Source: an uncultured Porphyromonadaceae bacterium (GTDB lineage Bacteria > Bacteroidota > Bacteroidia > Bacteroidales > Muribaculaceae). Taken from it: a stretch of 64,000 bases of DNA. Shown here in pieces: positions 36,024-45,457 of this stretch. Made by a program: the position numbers and the translations under genes. Location: assembly GCA_947177615.1 (NCBI GenBank), contig CAMWUY010000001.1, forward strand, positions 12,828-76,827. Direction: 5' to 3'. Position 1 is the first letter of the stretch; the number at the start of each line of letters is the position of its first letter. The notes under the pieces are model-generated. The model made no database searches, had not been told where the DNA came from, and worked only from the letters and a program-made list of their open reading frames with translations.

Positions 36024-36961
36024 GCTTGGTCGAGAGAAGCTAAATACTGGTCCATTTTTGAAGCTGCCACCAGTGTAAGGTTATCACTATTGACGGTCAT
36101 AACTGAATTGGTGTCAAGTAAGCGAATGTAGCCACTCTTTAACCTGATACGATTATTCAGTTCAACCGGCTCATCATATTTCCTGTCAGTGGTATTGTAT
36201 GAGCTGACGTATATTTTTATATTGTTGCTGATGTCAGTGATATGCTCAGTCTTTCTGATGACATCTAAAACTGACTGGTAATAGAACATACCGTTAAATT
36301 CCATTTCATTGGCAAAGTCGATCATTGCTTGTTGCAATTCAGTCAATGCCTGGGCAGCCGTTACATAGCTGTCATTATAGTAAATGGGATTATGTTTGTC
36401 GGCTATAATCGTAATGATGTCGCCGGGAGAACTTTCACAATATATATCGGCGCCTACAAACTTGATTTGTTGGATATACATTCTGAAGGCAGTTAGCTCG
36501 TAATCATTGAGGGGCATATATGGTATGCCGTTATTCACCTCATTAGAGTTATCATTGGCCTTGCATATTTTCAAAGTCAGAGAATGATCATCAGTTTGCC
36601 ATGCCGCTTTCTCAATGATTCTATGAGAAGAGTCAGGTTGGACGTATTCGATTTTCATCGTATTTTCATTGAACCTCAACTCATCTCCTGTTTCAGTGAC
36701 GCTGTTATACTGAAATTTTTTTGCCATCATAGCATACCAGTCTGGAGTGCCATTAATACGTCCATTAAGGACTTCGGCAATTCTTACTTGAACAAGATCG
36801 AGAACGGCCTCATAAGTGTGGATGCAGACAGCCACAACATAGGTAAGCAAGTTTATCATACTGAGTTTGCTATTGCTGCGGCCGGCATTAAGTTCTGTCA
36901 GTTGCAGATAATTGTTTCTCGTGCTGACAGCTTCAGAATATATTTGACTTACACTTCTCAT
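36020..36961 (-). CDS. baseplate J-like protein (Bacteroidetes myophage type)
   Basis: RS..QI, GT..WY...A..FQY, Y...IKF.G, SGY. Confidence 0.7.
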   Translation of the reverse strand: MRSVSQIYSEAVSTRNNYLQLTELNAGRSNSKLSMINLLTYVVAVCIHTYEAVLDLVQVRIAEVLNGRINGTPDWYAMMAKKFQYNSVTETGDELRFNENTMKIEYVQPDSSHRIIEKAAWQTDDHSLTLKICKANDNSNEVNNGIPYMPLNDYELTAFRMYIQQIKFVGADIYCESSPGDIITIIADKHNPIYYNDSYVTAAQALTELQQAMIDFANEMEFNGMFYYQSVLDVIRKTEHITDISNNIKIYVSSYNTTDRKYDEPVELNNRIRLKSGYIRLLDTNSVMTVNSDNLTLVAASKMDQYLASLDQA

Positions 36962-37629
36962 TGTGTGATTATCAGTTTTTTTAAGTCCTCAATATCCAAA
37001 ACTGATAGAAATTCATCAGCATAGACAATTCCGAGGGGATAATATATGCCATTAAGTTCCCGGAAATCCAATTTAGTACATTCAAAATCACCATAGAGAG
37101 TGATGATATGTTTTCCGGATCCCTTATAGCAGTGTTCGACTTCTTGCTCTTCAACCCCTTCAATGATTTGTGGGGCAGAATAATCTCCCCAGTCCACAAT
37201 AAGATGAGTGTCGGCTTTTAACCGAACAACCATATTTGTGGTCTGGCCTTGCTGATGTATAACCATCCGGGGAGTATATAGTGATTCCCAATACATATTC
37301 TGCTCATCGGATGACATATCTGAGAGCGAATTGTAAAGGTCAGAGTGGTAAGTGGAAATATGGTTCTTAACCAATTCTTCTACATCAAGATAGTTGTAGA
37401 TATGCTCACCATTCTTTACCAGCACATTATTGTCCTTTAGCCATATCACAATGCTTTTATTGATGACAAATTCCTCATGGTAATTCAAAACCATTCCGTA
37501 GGTCAGTTTGGTTTCCATATTAAGCCAATCATTACTTGTCAACAAATCAAAAATCCCCTCTACGCTGCCATAGAGAGTTAGTGCTACATCGTAAATATTT
37601 TGTCCGCTTCGGACTTTATATTGTGCCAT
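36958..37629 (-). CDS. LysM/tail-X-like baseplate protein with C-terminal PKD-like domain
   Basis: V..GQ.IYDVAL..YGS.EGIF.LL..N; VDWGD...H.Y...G...I.LYG. Confidence 0.7.
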   Translation of the reverse strand: MAQYKVRSGQNIYDVALTLYGSVEGIFDLLTSNDWLNMETKLTYGMVLNYHEEFVINKSIVIWLKDNNVLVKNGEHIYNYLDVEELVKNHISTYHSDLYNSLSDMSSDEQNMYWESLYTPRMVIHQQGQTTNMVVRLKADTHLIVDWGDYSAPQIIEGVEEQEVEHCYKGSGKHIITLYGDFECTKLDFRELNGIYYPLGIVYADEFLSVLDIEDLKKLIITQ

Positions 37630-37661
37630 AGGGTTTTATGAATAAGACAAATTATGTAATA

Positions 37662-37698
37662 AAGCCGTCCAAGGACGTAGTTTATCCAAGGACGGCTT
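37662..37698 (-). terminator. hairpin terminator
   Basis: aagccgtc / gacggctt. Confidence 0.6.
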
Positions 37699-37713
37699 CA
37701 TACGGATAGTGAT

Positions 37714-38124
37714 TTAGGCTTCAATGCCCATCACCTCCTTGGCGACGGCCTTGGCGAGATCGCGGTATGCCTGGTATGCCTCGTATTCGGCAGTGTACTC
37801 AGCAGCTTTCTCGTCCGATACGGCGCCGGTGCGAGCGGCCAGGAAGTTGGCTGTGATAGCCTCAGACTGATCGGTGTCGTATTTGCGCTTGATGATTGCG
37901 GAAAGAAGCTGAGGATAGGTGAAGGGCATTTCCATTGCGATGGTTTCCTCACCGACTGTTACCACAGCGCAGCCGCCGATCTTCTTGACGTTATCGCCGT
38001 GCAGTTCCATATCCTTCTGGGCTTCCATTTCGGCAAGCATTTCAGGAGACATGACAGACTCTTCGGGAGTCATAACTTCGGCCTGCTCTACTACAGGTTC
38101 GTTGTTGTTGTTGATCTGGTCCAT
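37714..38124 (-). CDS. hypothetical protein (possible tail-fibre chaperone)
   Basis: Y..L.SAII..KY..D...AI..N...EY..YQ.YR..AK motif seen in Bacteroidales phage tail regions. Confidence 0.6.
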   Translation of the reverse strand: MDQINNNNEPVVEQAEVMTPEESVMSPEMLAEMEAQKDMELHGDNVKKIGGCAVVTVGEETIAMEMPFTYPQLLSAIIKRKYDTDQSEAITANFLAARTGAVSDEKAAEYTAEYEAYQAYRDLAKAVAKEVMGIEA

Positions 38125-38164
38125 TGTTCAGATTTTTGAAAGTTAAAACTGATGTTGTTTATTA

Positions 38165-39484
38165 TTAATAGTCTATTTGACTTTCAAGTATGCTAATCGG
38201 TGGAATATTGACTGGAGTGTATTCAGCTAACATCCTGATATATTTATCTTTGTCATCCCTTTCTTCAAATACGGCAATCGGGGTGGGTAATGAGAGTTTG
38301 TCTTTGTAGTTGTGATATAGACGATACCTTATACGATTTCTGGGATGATATTTCTTTTTCAATTTTACTACTTCCATAGGGCCTTTGATATAAACCCACT
38401 TGAAAATGCGAGGTTCAATCTCCATTAGACCATTGTATCTGATGGCATAGCTATTGTAGTGTCGCAAAAGACCTAAATAGCTGTTTACTGAGGATAAGGC
38501 TCTAATGATTTGAGATTTGGTGCGACATTGATTTAGTCTATGGATGCTATGTCGGAAATTTGTGACAGTTCTGTTTAATGGATAGACTCTACCCGGCTTA
38601 ACTACAGCTCCAGTAAAGTCCAAACCCTTGGTATAATGTTGCATATAGAATTTCTTGGGCGATAGTTTTAATCCAAGAGATTCTAATTTTGCCCTGATTT
38701 TGGGAATGGCATTTAGGATCTTTTCTTTGGTTTCTGCCACTAAGTAAATGTCATCTACATATCTGCCGTGAAATTTGATGCCATATTCTTTTTCAATCGC
38801 CCAATCTAATGTATTCAAGAGATAATTGGCAAACATCTGAGATGGGAGATTACCGATTGGCATACCTAATCCATTACCATTGGTAAAAAGGGATTTACTG
38901 GCTGGAAGATTATTCCACATAGCTTCGGATGATTGCCTAATACAATTTTCCTCCGGACAATGACTCAATACTATGTGACATAGATAAATCAGATCTTCTT
39001 TATCTTCGCCATTATACTTTTCTTCCACCAGTTTGACAACAAGATCCTCTACCAGTTTCTTGGGGATTGACATAAAGAAACTGTTGATGTCAACTGTTGC
39101 TACATAACAATCCTGAGTGTAATTACTTGAACACTCGATAATATCTTTCTTCAACTGTTCCACGCCAGCAAGAGTACCCTTGCCATTTCTACAGTTGAAT
39201 GTACGGTCGTTAAATTCTTGTTCTATAATCGGCTCCAGCCGAAGTCGAATGTAGTGATGTATAATGCGGTCAGCAAAATCGGCCGCAAAAACCTCACGGT
39301 ATTTGGGGCGACTAACTACAAAGCAAATGGAACGCTTTGGCTGGTAGGTTCTATTGTTGATGGCTTGCATCATATCATAGAGGTTGCCTTCTACATCAAG
39401 AGTAAACCTGATGCAGTTGTTTGTCCGCGACTTGTGTACGCGACAATCTAAATAGGCTTCTACCAATCCTTCATACGTTACCAT
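38165..39484 (-). CDS. DGR reverse transcriptase
   Basis: PK.REVFAA.F.DRI.HH, D.NSFF.SI, GMPIGNLPSQ.FAN, RYVDD, DF.G. Confidence 0.95.
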   Translation of the reverse strand: MVTYEGLVEAYLDCRVHKSRTNNCIRFTLDVEGNLYDMMQAINNRTYQPKRSICFVVSRPKYREVFAADFADRIIHHYIRLRLEPIIEQEFNDRTFNCRNGKGTLAGVEQLKKDIIECSSNYTQDCYVATVDINSFFMSIPKKLVEDLVVKLVEEKYNGEDKEDLIYLCHIVLSHCPEENCIRQSSEAMWNNLPASKSLFTNGNGLGMPIGNLPSQMFANYLLNTLDWAIEKEYGIKFHGRYVDDIYLVAETKEKILNAIPKIRAKLESLGLKLSPKKFYMQHYTKGLDFTGAVVKPGRVYPLNRTVTNFRHSIHRLNQCRTKSQIIRALSSVNSYLGLLRHYNSYAIRYNGLMEIEPRIFKWVYIKGPMEVVKLKKKYHPRNRIRYRLYHNYKDKLSLPTPIAVFEERDDKDKYIRMLAEYTPVNIPPISILESQIDY

Positions 39485-39549
39485 ATCAGCACTAAAAGTG
39501 ATAATGCCAGTTATAATTAGTCTTATCTGTTAGCAAAAATGCGATTCGT

Positions 39550-39662
39550 TGAAATGCTGCCACAGCCCGGACGTAGTTGCTGTTCGTGACCTTAGTGTTC
39601 CAGTTGTTGAGGTTGCCGTCGTTCAGGTTCAAGTTCCAAGCGTTCGTCGCCGAGTTCTCAGT
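39550..39662 (-). repeat. DGR template repeat (TR)
   Basis: 113-bp match to 40435-40547; all 10 mismatches fall at TR adenines; AAC-rich. Confidence 0.97.
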
Positions 39663-39778
39663 GTATCGGGTATGTTTTCTTATTCTTAACTACTTTATGG
39701 CAGTAATACCCCCATTTCTCACGGAAGCGCATACTCTATGGTCATCCTTGAACTCCCATACTCTGTGCGTTGCACCGA

Positions 39779-40162
39779 TCAATCGTCCTCATCCGCAGAA
39801 GTGCGTTTTCGATACCTCTTTTTCGATGCGTTCTTCCATGCTGTCACTTGTTTGCCGATAGTCGCCTCCAAATACATGAGGTTGGATTGTTGCTTCCGGC
39901 TTATCCAACGATTATCGCCAGCAAGTCTAACTATCAGTTTGCAGTGTTCAAACTCACAGATGAAGTCGGTCAAATATGCTTCTCGTTCACTCTTGAACAT
40001 ATTAGCCTTGACAATAAATGTCGGTAATGAGATAGCTATTTTGATCCATTCTTGACCAACGGTGTGTTTTACATCCCTTGGAAAATTCTTTTGAGTGTCA
40101 ATCACTGCTTGAATGTAGTGATAGGTTTCAACATAAACCGGCAATTCGTTAGATAAAGCCAT
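39779..40162 (-). CDS. avd: DGR accessory variability determinant (Avd-like four-helix bundle)
   Basis: ELPVY...FPR..KH..G...IGKQ..AW; located between target and TR. Confidence 0.88.
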   Translation of the reverse strand: MALSNELPVYVETYHYIQAVIDTQKNFPRDVKHTVGQEWIKIAISLPTFIVKANMFKSEREAYLTDFICEFEHCKLIVRLAGDNRWISRKQQSNLMYLEATIGKQVTAWKNASKKRYRKRTSADEDD

Positions 40163-40207
40163 CGCAACGGATTTTAAGAAACACTGCTTTCATCACTTGT
40201 TTGCAAT

Positions 40208-40424
40208 AATAAACTGATTACCAGATAGATAATCAGTTTATTCACATAGTTTTCATATATCCCTTTGAATCCCACATTTCTTATCTCAAAGCACCGGAAC
40301 CAATCCTGAACCTTCCAAAACGGCGACCACTTTGAGATAAGTTGAATGTGTGGATCTCTTCAACCCTTATGCTCGCTTCGCTCGCACGTCGCTACGCTCC
40401 GAAGAGTTGAAGGGTTGAAGAGAT
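40208..40424. repeat. three inverted repeats downstream of VR (13, 12 and 15 bp perfect stems)
   Basis: 40208-20/40230-42; 40280-91/40330-41; 40354-68/40410-24. Confidence 0.85.
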
Positions 40425-40430
40425 AAAGGG

Positions 40431-41255
40431 TTAATGAAATGCTGCCACAGCCCGGACGTAGTAGCTGTACGCGACCTTAGTGTTCCAGTAGTAGAGGTTG
40501 CCGTCGCCCAGGTACAAGTTCCAAGCGTCCGTCGCCGAGTGCTCAGTTGAAGACCAATGCCAGGACTCAGCAAGCGGGCTGGCGCCCGAAATGACTGAGA
40601 GGCAAAGATTGATGGCGTATTTGTGCTTCCAGATTGTGATGAGCTCTGCGATTGAGGGAAGCCACCACTTGCCGGCACCGATACCGATCATCGTGCCATC
40701 TCCCTTGTCATAGGTACGACTGTAAGCGTTACACCATGCGGGCGCATACTGGGTCCAGTTCTCTTCCTCTTCGCCGAAGAGTTCGACACCCTTTGCCATG
40801 ATAGCGGCGGTGCGGGTCTTGCCTGAGTAGTCAACATACGCCTTGTTGTAATCGCTGCCGGTATCGGCATTAACAGCGATAGCGTTCTTCGACCATTTAA
40901 GCTGAGTACCGGTAGGAGAAACGATGATTGGAGCCTGACCGTCGATCAGAACGAGAACACCATCAGCAACTTCTCCAGCCTGTTCAAGAGCAGCCCACTT
41001 CCAGTAGGGAACAGCGAGAGGCCAGTTGTCGCTCTTACGGTGGTAAGTCACGAAACAGCCATCAGTGGCTGCCTGAAGCTGGGGGTTAGCTTCCAGCTGT
41101 TTGTTAGACAGAGTGTCGATCTGGGCCTGTTGGGTTGCGTACTTGTCCTGCAAAGACTTAAAATTGTCTTTGATGAACTTCTGAACCTGAGCACCAGTTG
41201 CCTGGGCACCCTTGGCTCCCCAGTCATCTTCCATTGTTAAAACTTTTTCTGCCAT
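40431..41255 (-). CDS. DGR target protein (C-type-lectin-fold receptor-binding protein)
   Basis: WWLPS.AEL, WSSTE.S...AW......G.........YVRAV; VR at the C-terminus. Confidence 0.9.
   Translation of the reverse strand: MAEKVLTMEDDWGAKGAQATGAQVQKFIKDNFKSLQDKYATQQAQIDTLSNKQLEANPQLQAATDGCFVTYHRKSDNWPLAVPYWKWAALEQAGEVADGVLVLIDGQAPIIVSPTGTQLKWSKNAIAVNADTGSDYNKAYVDYSGKTRTAAIMAKGVELFGEEEENWTQYAPAWCNAYSRTYDKGDGTMIGIGAGKWWLPSIAELITIWKHKYAINLCLSVISGASPLAESWHWSSTEHSATDAWNLYLGDGNLYYWNTKVAYSYYVRAVAAFH
40435..40547 (-). repeat. DGR variable repeat (VR)
   Basis: Matches TR with A-to-N changes only. Confidence 0.97.
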
Positions 41256-41317
41256 GTTGAAAAATTGAATTAAAAAAACTGTTGGTTTATATATAATAGT
41301 ATCGAGTCATTCAAACT

Positions 41318-41779
41318 CTAAATCCCGTTATCCCACACAGCGTCCTGTTGCCACGGATACTCATTAATCCACAATCCAGTACCTATCACACCGTCATGGG
41401 TAATTGTGAATTTTTCTTCCAGACTGCTAATCCGTTTCTCCATATCAGTGGCATGAAACCAAGCAATTTTGGTCGGTACACCCTGAGCATTGAGAACTAC
41501 ATTTTTGGCAATAGAAAGCCCCCAGCCATCGGGAACCTGATTATCGGGATAGATTACACATTGCCCGGCGTGAAATCCTGCGGGATTGCCACTGGCCGGG
41601 TCTGTATAAAGAGTGTCTGTTTCAGTGGGCTGTCGGGTCGCAACGGGAGTGAACTCATCACGGCTCAAAAGAGCAAGCATATAATCCTTAGTCAGTCCAA
41701 ACTGCTCCCAGCAAGACTGAATATTGAATTTTTGACCTGCTATTTTGAGTGCCTGTAATATTTTTGTCGTATCTGCCAT
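41318..41779 (-). CDS. tail-fibre-associated protein with C-terminal tri-Trp motif
   Basis: GTGLWINEYPWQQDAVWDN. Confidence 0.55.
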   Translation of the reverse strand: MADTTKILQALKIAGQKFNIQSCWEQFGLTKDYMLALLSRDEFTPVATRQPTETDTLYTDPASGNPAGFHAGQCVIYPDNQVPDGWGLSIAKNVVLNAQGVPTKIAWFHATDMEKRISSLEEKFTITHDGVIGTGLWINEYPWQQDAVWDNGI

Positions 41780-41798
41780 TGCGATAAGTCTTTAGAGT

Positions 41799-42656
41799 TT
41801 ACTCTGCTGCTGTAAAACCAGAAAGCGTGAGGGTCTGGGTTGCCTCATCATACGCATAGGTGTTTGCCGTTGCGCCTTTGGCAATTCCATCCAGCTTTTC
41901 TTTGTAGGCATTAGTAAAGTCATTCTGAGACAGCACTTTATCGCCATCCTTGTCAACCTTGCCATTCAGTGCGGTATCTACCTGATTCTTTGTGTAGTAG
42001 TTACCGATATTGAGGTCACTGATAGCAGCGGCGATAGCGGCTTTTACGGTTGCGGGGTTGCCTTCTCCACCTATCCCAGTCAAAAGACCTTCGATGTTGG
42101 AGATTGCAGCAGTCATTTCAGCTGCCTCGCCTCCGTGTTCTGCGGCCCAGTCGATAAGTTCCTTATAGGAGTTTACCACTCCGTCATCAGAAACTTTGGT
42201 AGCGAAGTCGTTGAAAGCGTCTGTGATTGCTTTGGAAACTGACCCAGCTCCAGTGCCGTTAAGAACGTCAATTTTACCACTGAGTTCTGTAACTTCAGAG
42301 GATTCCGCTTTGGCGTCGATAACTGCTTTCAGAGCTGCGTCCAACTCATCAGCAGATACGTTGGCCTTGTATGCAAGGGCGGCCAGTCCTTTGATGGGTA
42401 CATCTACCCCCTGCACCGAAATCGTGCCGTTGGTCGAACCTGTAGCAATCAGAATATCGACAATCTTAGAAGCGATACTGAGAGCGACACCATTGACCTT
42501 GACACTTTCCAGTACATTTGCTTGTGCCCCGGTTTCAATGCCGGAGAGCTTCTTGAAGTCATTAGCGGACATCAAGCCTTCCTGGTCTGCCGCAGCAGAA
42601 GGAATGACAAATGGCTGCCCACCAATGACAAAGCGTGTAACTTTAAGATCTGCCAT
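41799..42656 (-). CDS. tail/collar fibre protein
   Basis: GLMSA.D.KKL.GI..GAQ.NV.E.VKVNG, KVDK..GK.LS.NDFT..YK.KLDGI..GA. Confidence 0.7.
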   Translation of the reverse strand: MADLKVTRFVIGGQPFVIPSAAADQEGLMSANDFKKLSGIETGAQANVLESVKVNGVALSIASKIVDILIATGSTNGTISVQGVDVPIKGLAALAYKANVSADELDAALKAVIDAKAESSEVTELSGKIDVLNGTGAGSVSKAITDAFNDFATKVSDDGVVNSYKELIDWAAEHGGEAAEMTAAISNIEGLLTGIGGEGNPATVKAAIAAAISDLNIGNYYTKNQVDTALNGKVDKDGDKVLSQNDFTNAYKEKLDGIAKGATANTYAYDEATQTLTLSGFTAAE

Positions 42657-42717
42657 GTTTTAATATGGTTTTTGTTATGTAATAATGACTGGTCTTAACT
42701 CCCCAGTACATAGAGTT

Positions 42718-45456
42718 TTAGATTGTTACAGTGGCTGTGTCAGGATCATAAGATTTTACAGCCACAGTTGAATCGCCACCAGTACCTACAGATGCAGTTG
42801 CTTCAGTAATCAGGGCATTTGACCACTTTGAGGTATTATCCCAAAGCAAGAGATTCTGCCACTTTCCGACATTGAGGACTGTAAAGCAATCCATTAATGT
42901 TTCAAGCTGGTTCTGGTGCTGTTCAATAATAGTCTGTTGAGCCGCAAATTGCTGGATGAAGAGCGCAAATTGAGATTCAAGAGCTGTCAGGCGGTTATCG
43001 TGACTAATGATGTCATTTTCTGTTTCGGAAATACTATTTGGAGTATTATACCATACGTCTGTGTCATTCCAGAAGAATGGATTGGCCCATTTTCCCTTTT
43101 CAAAGCAACCGTTATACGCCCGAATATCATCCAACATTTTTTGATATTCAGACTGGTGTCCCTCAGCTCTTTGATTGATGGCCTCAATTTCTTCATTGAC
43201 TTCATCAATTCTCTCATTAGTATAGGCCAAAGCCTCTTCAATCACTCCAGACTCATTATGCCACAGATGATCATTGTTCCAAAGGAATAAATCACCCCAT
43301 ACGCCATCGACAAAGCAGCCAAAATGCTCACCTAACTTGGCTATATTCTCATCTTGCGCAGTCTGCTCCCGGCCAATAGCACGAAGTTGATATGCAACTT
43401 GACGATGTTCGGTAAGAGCCTCTTTTCGGATTTCATCAGCAGTTGTTTGAAGAGCTGATTGAGTATTCTCAATGGCTTCCTTATTTTCTTGAATATCGGA
43501 AATATTACCTTCAATTAGCTGATGATTAGCCTGAATAAGCGAGAGGTTGGTCATTATATCCTCATTCGCCTCATTCAGTTTATAGCGTGTATCACGAAGG
43601 TCATTACGAAGATCAGAAATAGCTTCATTGACCACTCCAGTTTCATTAGCCCAAAGAAGTTCGTTATCCCAAATAAAGAGATCTCCCCAGATACCGTCTG
43701 CATAGCAACTGAAGTGTTCTCCAAATTTGGCAATGTTTTCATCCTGAGTTGCTTGCTCACGACCTATGGCGCGGAGCTGATATGCAACGCTACGATGTTC
43801 TGTAATTGCATTTTGCTTGATAGTTTCAATTTCAGAAGCGTTATTTGCAATAGCAGAAGCGTTAGTCTGGATAGCAGCAGAATTAGCTTCCACATCAGAT
43901 GTGATAGCCTCAATATTTTCTTCTGCGCCGGACACCCTTTGTGTAATGGCTTCAAGACCTTCCTGAAGCTCATCCAAACGCTCTTCAGTATTCTCCGGGC
44001 AATGACAAGTACCATTCAGGTCAGTATTATTCCATTCAGATTCATTGATCCACAACAGATTGTTATCCCATATACCATTGGTAAGGATTGAGATGCGATA
44101 AAGAAGAGAGTCAATTTCATGTTGCTGACCTTCACATTGGGTGTCAAGTTTGTTAAGACGACCCGTAATGGCCTGATGCTCTTTACGGAAATCCTCGTGC
44201 TCTTTGCCAAACTCTTCATGTTCCTTGCGGAAATCCTCATGCTCTTTTCGGAAACCTGCAAAAGTCTTGTTGATAGACTCCATTGTGGCTTCTGCATCAG
44301 ACTTGACTTTCTGAATTTCTTTTGTCAAATCCGATATGGCTCTCTGATGATTCTCAATTTGACGATAAATATCTTCAAATGAATCATACATCAGATTAGA
44401 GTTTTCCCACAGAGCAACATTACTCCATTTCAGGCCATCATCCCAGTACCCATTGCTGAAGCAAGCAAGAGTATTTATCAGGTCGATAATCTGCTGATCA
44501 TGCTCTTGGATGAGGATCTGGAGATCATTGATTTCACGGTCATGTTTCTGAAGGTGGGTGTTAATCAGTCCATGCTCTCGGGTATTTGCAAGCATTGCAT
44601 TCTTGAAAGCCTGATCACTTTTTGATAAGTGTTCATCAAGACCCTTAATGTCCTCCGCAAGAGCGTCTGTGATAGCATATTTGTTATTATCCCACAAAGC
44701 CTCTTGGCTCCAGTGAAGGTCATTTTCCCACACACCGGTACCGAAACAGCAGAAAGAGGTGTTCAAATCATATACCTGATCCTGGAGATAGGTATTGATA
44801 CCGTCTTGAATTTTATTTTGACGTACAATGTTAGCAGTCAGTGCGCTGATTTCTGAATCATGCTTATCAGTTAAATCTTTTATGTCCTGGCGATGAGTCT
44901 CGCTTAGAACGTCTATCTGATTCTGCAAATCATCAGTGATAGCGTACTTGTTGTTATCCCAGATCGTTTCATTGCTCCAAAGAAGAGTGTCAATCCAGAT
45001 ACCTTCACTGAAACAGCTAATGGTATCAAAAATTGAATTGAGTTCACGCTGCTGCTCGGTATTGACCTTTTCAATGTCGTTGATGTGATTCCACTGATCA
45101 CGATTGTCTTTCTGAAGTGCCTCGATTTCTTTCTGTTGCTTTTGGAAAGCCTCATCCAGTTTCTTGGCATAATCCAACATTTGCTGCGTAAGTTTACGAG
45201 TATCAACGGCATAGTTGTAATAATACGCCATATCTACCAGTACATCCCACACATCAGTATTGGTATAGACAATGTGCCCTTGGTCATCGGTCATCTTTAT
45301 GGGGGATTTCCCCTGGGCCTGCAATACTTTACACCTAAAGACGCAACCACACGCTGTGACCACGTTCTCCTGGTAGTATTTCTTGGTTAAGTCAAAAGTG
45401 TTTCGCCATTTTAGGGCGACACCAATTTTGACTATATTGTCGTTATTAATACTCAT
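42718..45456 (-). CDS. segmented coiled-coil fibre protein with 8 tri-Trp repeats
   Basis: Heptad segments alternating with G-x-W-x5-W-x5-W-x-N. Confidence 0.7.
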   Translation of the reverse strand: MSINNDNIVKIGVALKWRNTFDLTKKYYQENVVTACGCVFRCKVLQAQGKSPIKMTDDQGHIVYTNTDVWDVLVDMAYYYNYAVDTRKLTQQMLDYAKKLDEAFQKQQKEIEALQKDNRDQWNHINDIEKVNTEQQRELNSIFDTISCFSEGIWIDTLLWSNETIWDNNKYAITDDLQNQIDVLSETHRQDIKDLTDKHDSEISALTANIVRQNKIQDGINTYLQDQVYDLNTSFCCFGTGVWENDLHWSQEALWDNNKYAITDALAEDIKGLDEHLSKSDQAFKNAMLANTREHGLINTHLQKHDREINDLQILIQEHDQQIIDLINTLACFSNGYWDDGLKWSNVALWENSNLMYDSFEDIYRQIENHQRAISDLTKEIQKVKSDAEATMESINKTFAGFRKEHEDFRKEHEEFGKEHEDFRKEHQAITGRLNKLDTQCEGQQHEIDSLLYRISILTNGIWDNNLLWINESEWNNTDLNGTCHCPENTEERLDELQEGLEAITQRVSGAEENIEAITSDVEANSAAIQTNASAIANNASEIETIKQNAITEHRSVAYQLRAIGREQATQDENIAKFGEHFSCYADGIWGDLFIWDNELLWANETGVVNEAISDLRNDLRDTRYKLNEANEDIMTNLSLIQANHQLIEGNISDIQENKEAIENTQSALQTTADEIRKEALTEHRQVAYQLRAIGREQTAQDENIAKLGEHFGCFVDGVWGDLFLWNNDHLWHNESGVIEEALAYTNERIDEVNEEIEAINQRAEGHQSEYQKMLDDIRAYNGCFEKGKWANPFFWNDTDVWYNTPNSISETENDIISHDNRLTALESQFALFIQQFAAQQTIIEQHQNQLETLMDCFTVLNVGKWQNLLLWDNTSKWSNALITEATASVGTGGDSTVAVKSYDPDTATVTI

Positions 45457-45457
45457 A

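Noticed and set aside
38165-39484. Group II intron or retron RT
   Set aside because: IGNLxSQ/YVDD motifs, avd and the adenine-specific TR/VR pair identify a DGR
44180-44260. 21-nt period repeat (FRKEHED) as a DNA-level element
   Set aside because: Explained by heptad repeats of a coiled-coil protein
41256-45456. Second DGR variable repeat in neighbouring fibre genes
   Set aside because: No further TR-like sequence seen by eye; a BLASTN of TR would be needed to exclude diverged copies
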